A stretch of 53,941 nucleotides of DNA. It comes from Candidatus Fraserbacteria bacterium (GTDB lineage Bacteria > Bipolaricaulota > Bipolaricaulia > RBG-16-55-9 > JANLFV01). The notes beneath the pieces were generated by a model. It was not told where the DNA came from, searched no databases, and was given only the letters and a program-made list of their open reading frames with translations. The DNA lies in NCBI GenBank assembly GCA_037446135.1, contig JBBIJD010000002.1, forward strand, positions 1 through 53,941. The letters run 5' to 3'. A program made the translations under genes and the position numbers. Shown piece after piece: positions 50,515 to 53,941 of this stretch (position 1 is the stretch's first letter; every line of letters begins with the position of its first letter).

Positions 50515-51585
50515 ATGAGATACCTCCTCTGGATCGCGGCGATCCTCGCCCTCGACCAGTCGACTAAGCTCCTCGCACTTACCCAGCTCGAGCCTTATGA
50601 AAAGGTTAAGGTGCTCGACCGTCTCCTCTACTTCACCTTGACGCGGAACCCCGGGGGGGCCTTCGGGATCCTCCAGGACCACGGGCTCTTGGTGATGATC
50701 GTCACAGCAGCGATCAGCCTCGGCCTTCTAGGGGTCCTCCTCTTCACTAAGCTCCGAGACGGTCAATTCAAACTGGGGCTGGCGATCATCGCCGGTGGAG
50801 CGCTGGGGAACCTCCTCGACCGGGCCCGGCTCGGCTATGTGGTCGACTTCATCGATCTCCGCTTTTGGACGGTCTTCAATCTCGCCGATGTGGCGGTCGT
50901 CGCTGGAACTGCTCTGATCTTCGCGCATCTCCTCCGGAGGGCCGGGCCGGGGAAGGAAGGCCTGAAAGGTAGGCAAAAAGCGGGCTTGCTGATCGCCATC
51001 GAGGGGCTCGATGGGAGCGGGAAGACCACCCAGGCCCGGCTGCTCGTCGAATACCTCCGCAACCGAGGGGAGGAAGTCCTGCTAGTGGAGGAGCCGGGGA
51101 CCACAGCAGCGGGGCGGGCCATCCGGGAGATCCTCCTCGACCACGGAAGGGAGATCGCGCCCCTCAGTGAGCTCCTCCTTTATGAGGCCTCGCGGGCCCA
51201 ACTAGTAAAAGAGGTAATTGAGCCGGCCTTGAAGGCGGGGAAGATCGTCGTGGCTGACCGATTCGCCCTATCCTCCTTGGCCTATCAAGGCTACGGCCGC
51301 GGGCTGCCCTTAGGGCTGGTCCATGAGCTAAATGAGGTCGCCACCGGGGGCTTGGAGCCAAACTTGACGATCTTACTGGACATCTCCCCAGAGGAGGGCC
51401 TCCGGCGGAAGGGCTTCCTTGATCGGATGGAGGGGAGCGGCCTGGAGTTCTATCGCCGCGTCCGGGAGGGCTACCTCCGGTCTGTCCCCAGGCCGCCCCG
51501 GGGACAGGTCCTCGACGCCCATGCCAGCGAGGAGGAGCTCTCCCAGAGGATCGCGGCCCTCGTTGAGGCGGCCTTAAGGATTTAA
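50515..51585 (+). CDS. lspA-tmk: In-frame fusion of lipoprotein signal peptidase (LspA) and thymidylate kinase (Tmk)
   Basis: ORF 50506..51585 (TTG 50506 or ATG 50515). N-terminal ~140 aa have LspA motifs (LDQSTK, NPGGAFG, VVDFIDL, FNLADV). After the linker RRAGPGKEGLKGRQKAG comes a complete Tmk (IEGLDGSGKTTQ, ADRFALSSLAYQG, LDRME). No stop codon separates the two parts. Confidence 0.8.
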   Translation: MRYLLWIAAILALDQSTKLLALTQLEPYEKVKVLDRLLYFTLTRNPGGAFGILQDHGLLVMIVTAAISLGLLGVLLFTKLRDGQFKLGLAIIAGGALGNLLDRARLGYVVDFIDLRFWTVFNLADVAVVAGTALIFAHLLRRAGPGKEGLKGRQKAGLLIAIEGLDGSGKTTQARLLVEYLRNRGEEVLLVEEPGTTAAGRAIREILLDHGREIAPLSELLLYEASRAQLVKEVIEPALKAGKIVVADRFALSSLAYQGYGRGLPLGLVHELNEVATGGLEPNLTILLDISPEEGLRRKGFLDRMEGSGLEFYRRVREGYLRSVPRPPRGQVLDAHASEEELSQRIAALVEAALRI

Positions 51586-51667
51586 CAGCCGAGATTCAAC
51601 GCCCCGCGAGGCCGGATTCACCCCTTTACCCGATCCATCTAGTCCTGTTCATCCCTTAAGACTGTAG

Positions 51668-52729
51668 GTGATGAGCGGTCAAATATCGGTCTTGCCCGAG
51701 GCCCTCGGCCGCATAGGGCACGCTTATCGCCGCCGGCTTGAGGAGGGCTTGCGGAGCCTCAGCAGGGGGCCTTCTCCTCCTCTCCAGCAGATGGTCTCCT
51801 ACCATCTCGGCTTTGAGGAGGATGAGAATGGCACAAGGCTCGCGGGCTATCCCGGGAAGCTCCTTCGGCCTTTGCTATTGCTCTTCGCCTGCGAGGCCCT
51901 CGGAGGCGAGCCGGAGGCGGCCCTCCCGGCGGCAGTGGCGGTTGAGCTGGTCCACAGCTTCTCCCTGGTCCATGATGATATTCAAGACCAGGATGAGGAG
52001 CGGCACGGCCGGCCGACGGCCTGGCGGCTCTTCGGCCCGGCCCAGGCGATCAACCTCGGGGACGGGCTCCGCGAGCTGGGAGCCCTGGCCTTATTCGAGC
52101 TAGGGCGGCACTTCCCCCCGGAGGTGGTCCTTGAAGCCTCGAAGGCCCTCTCTCGAGCGACCCTGGAGATGATCGAGGGCCAGGTCCTGGATCTGGCCCT
52201 AGAGGCGAAGGCTGAAGCCACCCTCAAGGAGTATGAGGCGATGGCCCTCCGGAAGACCGGGGCCTTGCTCGGGGGAGCCCTCGAGCTCGGGGCCCTCCTC
52301 GCTGGCGTGGATGATAAGATTATTGAGGCCTTCAAGGGCTTCGGCTGCGCGCTCGGGCTCGTCTTCCAAGGCCGGGACGACATCCTCGGGATCTGGGGCG
52401 AGCAGGCGCGGATGGGGAAGGCCCCGAAGAGCGACCTCCTAAGGAAGAAGAAGTCCCTCCCGATCGTCCTCGCACTGGACCTGGAGCGGGAGTGGAATGG
52501 AGCCGAAGGCCCGCTCCATGAGATCTACCGCCGGGAGGCCCTCGATGAGGCTGACCTTCCCAGGCTCATCGGGCTCCTCGAGAGGCTCAATATCCGCGGG
52601 GAGGCCGAGGCCAAAGTCGGGGAATATTGCCATCAGGCCCTGGCGGGGCTTGAGGGGCTTGGGCTTCCGGATTGGGCCCAAGCGGAGATGGAGGGATTGA
52701 TCCGATTCCTAGCGGTGAGGGAGTTTTGA
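51668..52729 (+). CDS. Polyprenyl diphosphate synthase (trans-isoprenyl diphosphate synthase family)
   Basis: ORF 51668..52729 (GTG-ATG). First Asp-rich motif LVHDDIQDQDEERHGRPT, second FQGRDDILG, plus GKAPKSDL. Confidence 0.85.
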   Translation: MMSGQISVLPEALGRIGHAYRRRLEEGLRSLSRGPSPPLQQMVSYHLGFEEDENGTRLAGYPGKLLRPLLLLFACEALGGEPEAALPAAVAVELVHSFSLVHDDIQDQDEERHGRPTAWRLFGPAQAINLGDGLRELGALALFELGRHFPPEVVLEASKALSRATLEMIEGQVLDLALEAKAEATLKEYEAMALRKTGALLGGALELGALLAGVDDKIIEAFKGFGCALGLVFQGRDDILGIWGEQARMGKAPKSDLLRKKKSLPIVLALDLEREWNGAEGPLHEIYRREALDEADLPRLIGLLERLNIRGEAEAKVGEYCHQALAGLEGLGLPDWAQAEMEGLIRFLAVREF

Positions 52730-52734
52730 TCGAG

Positions 52735-53733
52735 ATGGCAAGGCCGAAGGGGTTGGACCGAAAGCTGGCCGGCTACCTCCTGAAGAACCTCCTTTCGGGG
52801 CGGAGGCGGTTCCCCCTGGTGACGATCCTCGAGCCGCTCGAGGCCTGCAACCTCGCCTGCCCCGGCTGCGGCCGGGTCCGGGAATACCAAGCGATCTGGG
52901 AGAAGCGGCTCTCGATCGAGGAGGCGCTCGGGGCCGTCGAGGAGTCCGGCGCGCCCGTCGTTTCCATCGCCGGAGGGGAGCCGCTCCTCCATCCGAAGAT
53001 CGAGGAGATCGTGGCAGAGCTGACCGGGCGGGGTTACTTCATCTACCTCTGCACCAACGGGCTGCTCCTCAAGGAGTCGTTGAAGAGATTCCGCCCCTCG
53101 GAACAATTGGCGTTCGTGGTCCACCTCGATGGGACAGAGGCAGGCCACGACCGCTCGGTCGGGCGGAAGGGGGTCTTCCAGGCCGCCTTCGCCGGGCTGG
53201 AGGCGGCCCTGCGGGCCGGCTTCCGCGTCACCACTAATACCACAATCTACAAGGGGAGCGATGTCGAGGACCTCCATCGGCTCTTCCGGGCCCTGACTGA
53301 GTTAGGGGTGGAAGGGCTGATGGTCTCCCCGGGCTATGCTTACGAGACAGCCTCGGAGCAGGACCGGTTCCTCGAGCGACAGGAGGCGATCGGGGTCTTC
53401 CGGAAGATCCTCGAGCCGGGGAATGGCTTCCGGTTCTACAATAATCCGCTCTACCTCGAGTTCCTCCGCGGCGAGCGGGATTACCCCTGCGCGGCCTGGG
53501 GGACCCCGACCTATACTCCGCTGGGCTGGCGGAAGCCTTGCTACATCCTGGCCGAGGAGCATGTCCAGTCCGTCAAGGAGCTATTCGAGGACGGGCTCTG
53601 GGAGCGGTTCGGGCCGGGGCGGGACCCCCGCTGTGCGGACTGCATGATGCACTCTGGGTTCGAGCCGGCCGCGATCTTCCGGGCGATCCGCCGCCCCTGG
53701 GAGCTCCTAAGGCTGACTCGGACGGGAAGATGA
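52735..53733 (+). CDS. hpnH: Adenosyl-hopene transferase HpnH (radical SAM)
   Basis: ORF 52672..53733, likely ATG 52735. LEPLEACNLACPGCG radical-SAM cluster, VVSIAGGEPLLH, YLCTNGLLL, VSPGYAYE, CADCMMHSGFE. Collinear with HpnH as I recall it. Confidence 0.85.
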   Translation: MARPKGLDRKLAGYLLKNLLSGRRRFPLVTILEPLEACNLACPGCGRVREYQAIWEKRLSIEEALGAVEESGAPVVSIAGGEPLLHPKIEEIVAELTGRGYFIYLCTNGLLLKESLKRFRPSEQLAFVVHLDGTEAGHDRSVGRKGVFQAAFAGLEAALRAGFRVTTNTTIYKGSDVEDLHRLFRALTELGVEGLMVSPGYAYETASEQDRFLERQEAIGVFRKILEPGNGFRFYNNPLYLEFLRGERDYPCAAWGTPTYTPLGWRKPCYILAEEHVQSVKELFEDGLWERFGPGRDPRCADCMMHSGFEPAAIFRAIRRPWELLRLTRTGR

Positions 53734-53734
53734 G

Positions 53735-53941
53735 ATGATCTTGATCACTGCAGCCTTGGAGAGAGAGCTCGGGCCCTTCCGGAGGATCGCCCCTCCAGGT
53801 GTAGCCCCCCTTGTGACCGGGATCGGGAGGAGAGCGCTCGAGCAGAGGCTTTCGGCCTTCATAGCGGAGCATCGCTCGCAGATCGAACTCCTCATCTCCT
53901 CCGGCTTCGCCGGTGGGCTCGCCCCGAATTTAAGGCCGAAG
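53735..53941 (+). CDS. hpnG: Nucleoside phosphorylase-family protein, HpnG-like (N-terminal part; runs off the window)
   Basis: My own translation from ATG 53735: MILITAALERELGPFRR...PLVTGIGRRALEQRL...ELLISSGFAGGLAPNL. This is the PNP/MTA-nucleosidase-type pattern, and the gene sits directly after hpnH. Confidence 0.55.
   Translation, partial: MILITAALERELGPFRRIAPPGVAPLVTGIGRRALEQRLSAFIAEHRSQIELLISSGFAGGLAPNLRPK

Noticed and set aside
1-53941. CRISPR arrays, tandem repeats above 20 nt, IS elements, prophage genes, toxin-antitoxin pairs and known defence-system hallmarks.
   Set aside because: Scanning the intergenic regions by eye shows only isolated GC-rich hairpins, with no regularly spaced repeats. 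No ORF shows transposase, integrase, Cas, nuclease-helicase defence or small TA-like signatures.

Overview
This is a GC-rich, densely coding bacterial chromosomal window. I found no transposase, integrase, phage gene or CRISPR array. Most genes have strong GGAGG-type Shine-Dalgarno sites, but several appear leaderless.

Gene content from left to right:
- 1-6965 (-): an acid-catabolism and uptake operon with two Tat-signal solute-binding proteins, an AMP-dependent CoA ligase, a crotonase, an acyl-CoA dehydrogenase and a LivH-type permease.
- 7115-11763: a penicillin-acylase-family Ntn hydrolase, an orphan hypB, and ilvE.
- 11793-13034 (-): a decaying patch with two DUF3795 paralogs. One is broken by a 5-bp tandem duplication. 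They flank a 5'-truncated HAD hydrolase remnant.
- 13109-17498 (-): a cell-wall amidase, an HDAC-like deacetylase, TldD and PmbA.
- 17645-19053 (+): a two-subunit class I fumarase or tartrate dehydratase, in beta-then-alpha order.
- 19208-22385 (+): a candidate envelope or metal-stress module. It contains a helical exported protein with a CxCxCxC/Tyr/Trp/Pro tail, an OmpR-type regulator, a HAMP kinase and a Gly/His-rich secreted peptide.
- 22385-26369 (-): a second TldD/PmbA pair, translationally coupled to a secreted HExxH peptidase.
- 26487-30464: a beta-CASP/MBL hydrolase, an ABC-2 exporter and a small membrane protein.
- 30607-37324 (+): housekeeping genes yggT, eno, ftsB, dnaE and yvcK.
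- 37328-42284: a LarA-like protein, a 4-TM protein, a secreted protein with PPC-type repeats, and rarA.
- 42392-43467 (+): tRNA-Lys(CTT), a PPP phosphatase, tRNA-Lys(TTT) and tRNA-Glu(TTC).
- 43520-50420 (-): a 7-kb co-directional cluster headed by an ECF sigma factor and a CBM-type anti-sigma factor. It ends in a multidomain S8 subtilase.
- 50515-51585 (+): an in-frame LspA-thymidylate kinase fusion.
- 51668-53941 (+): a polyprenyl synthase with the hopanoid side-chain genes hpnH and hpnG.

The best candidates for something new are the ECF-headed secreted-protease cluster, the LspA-Tmk fusion, the two-component module with its unusual exported proteins, and the TldD/PmbA/HExxH operon. All functional calls come from reading motifs by eye in the translations. 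No database search was run.
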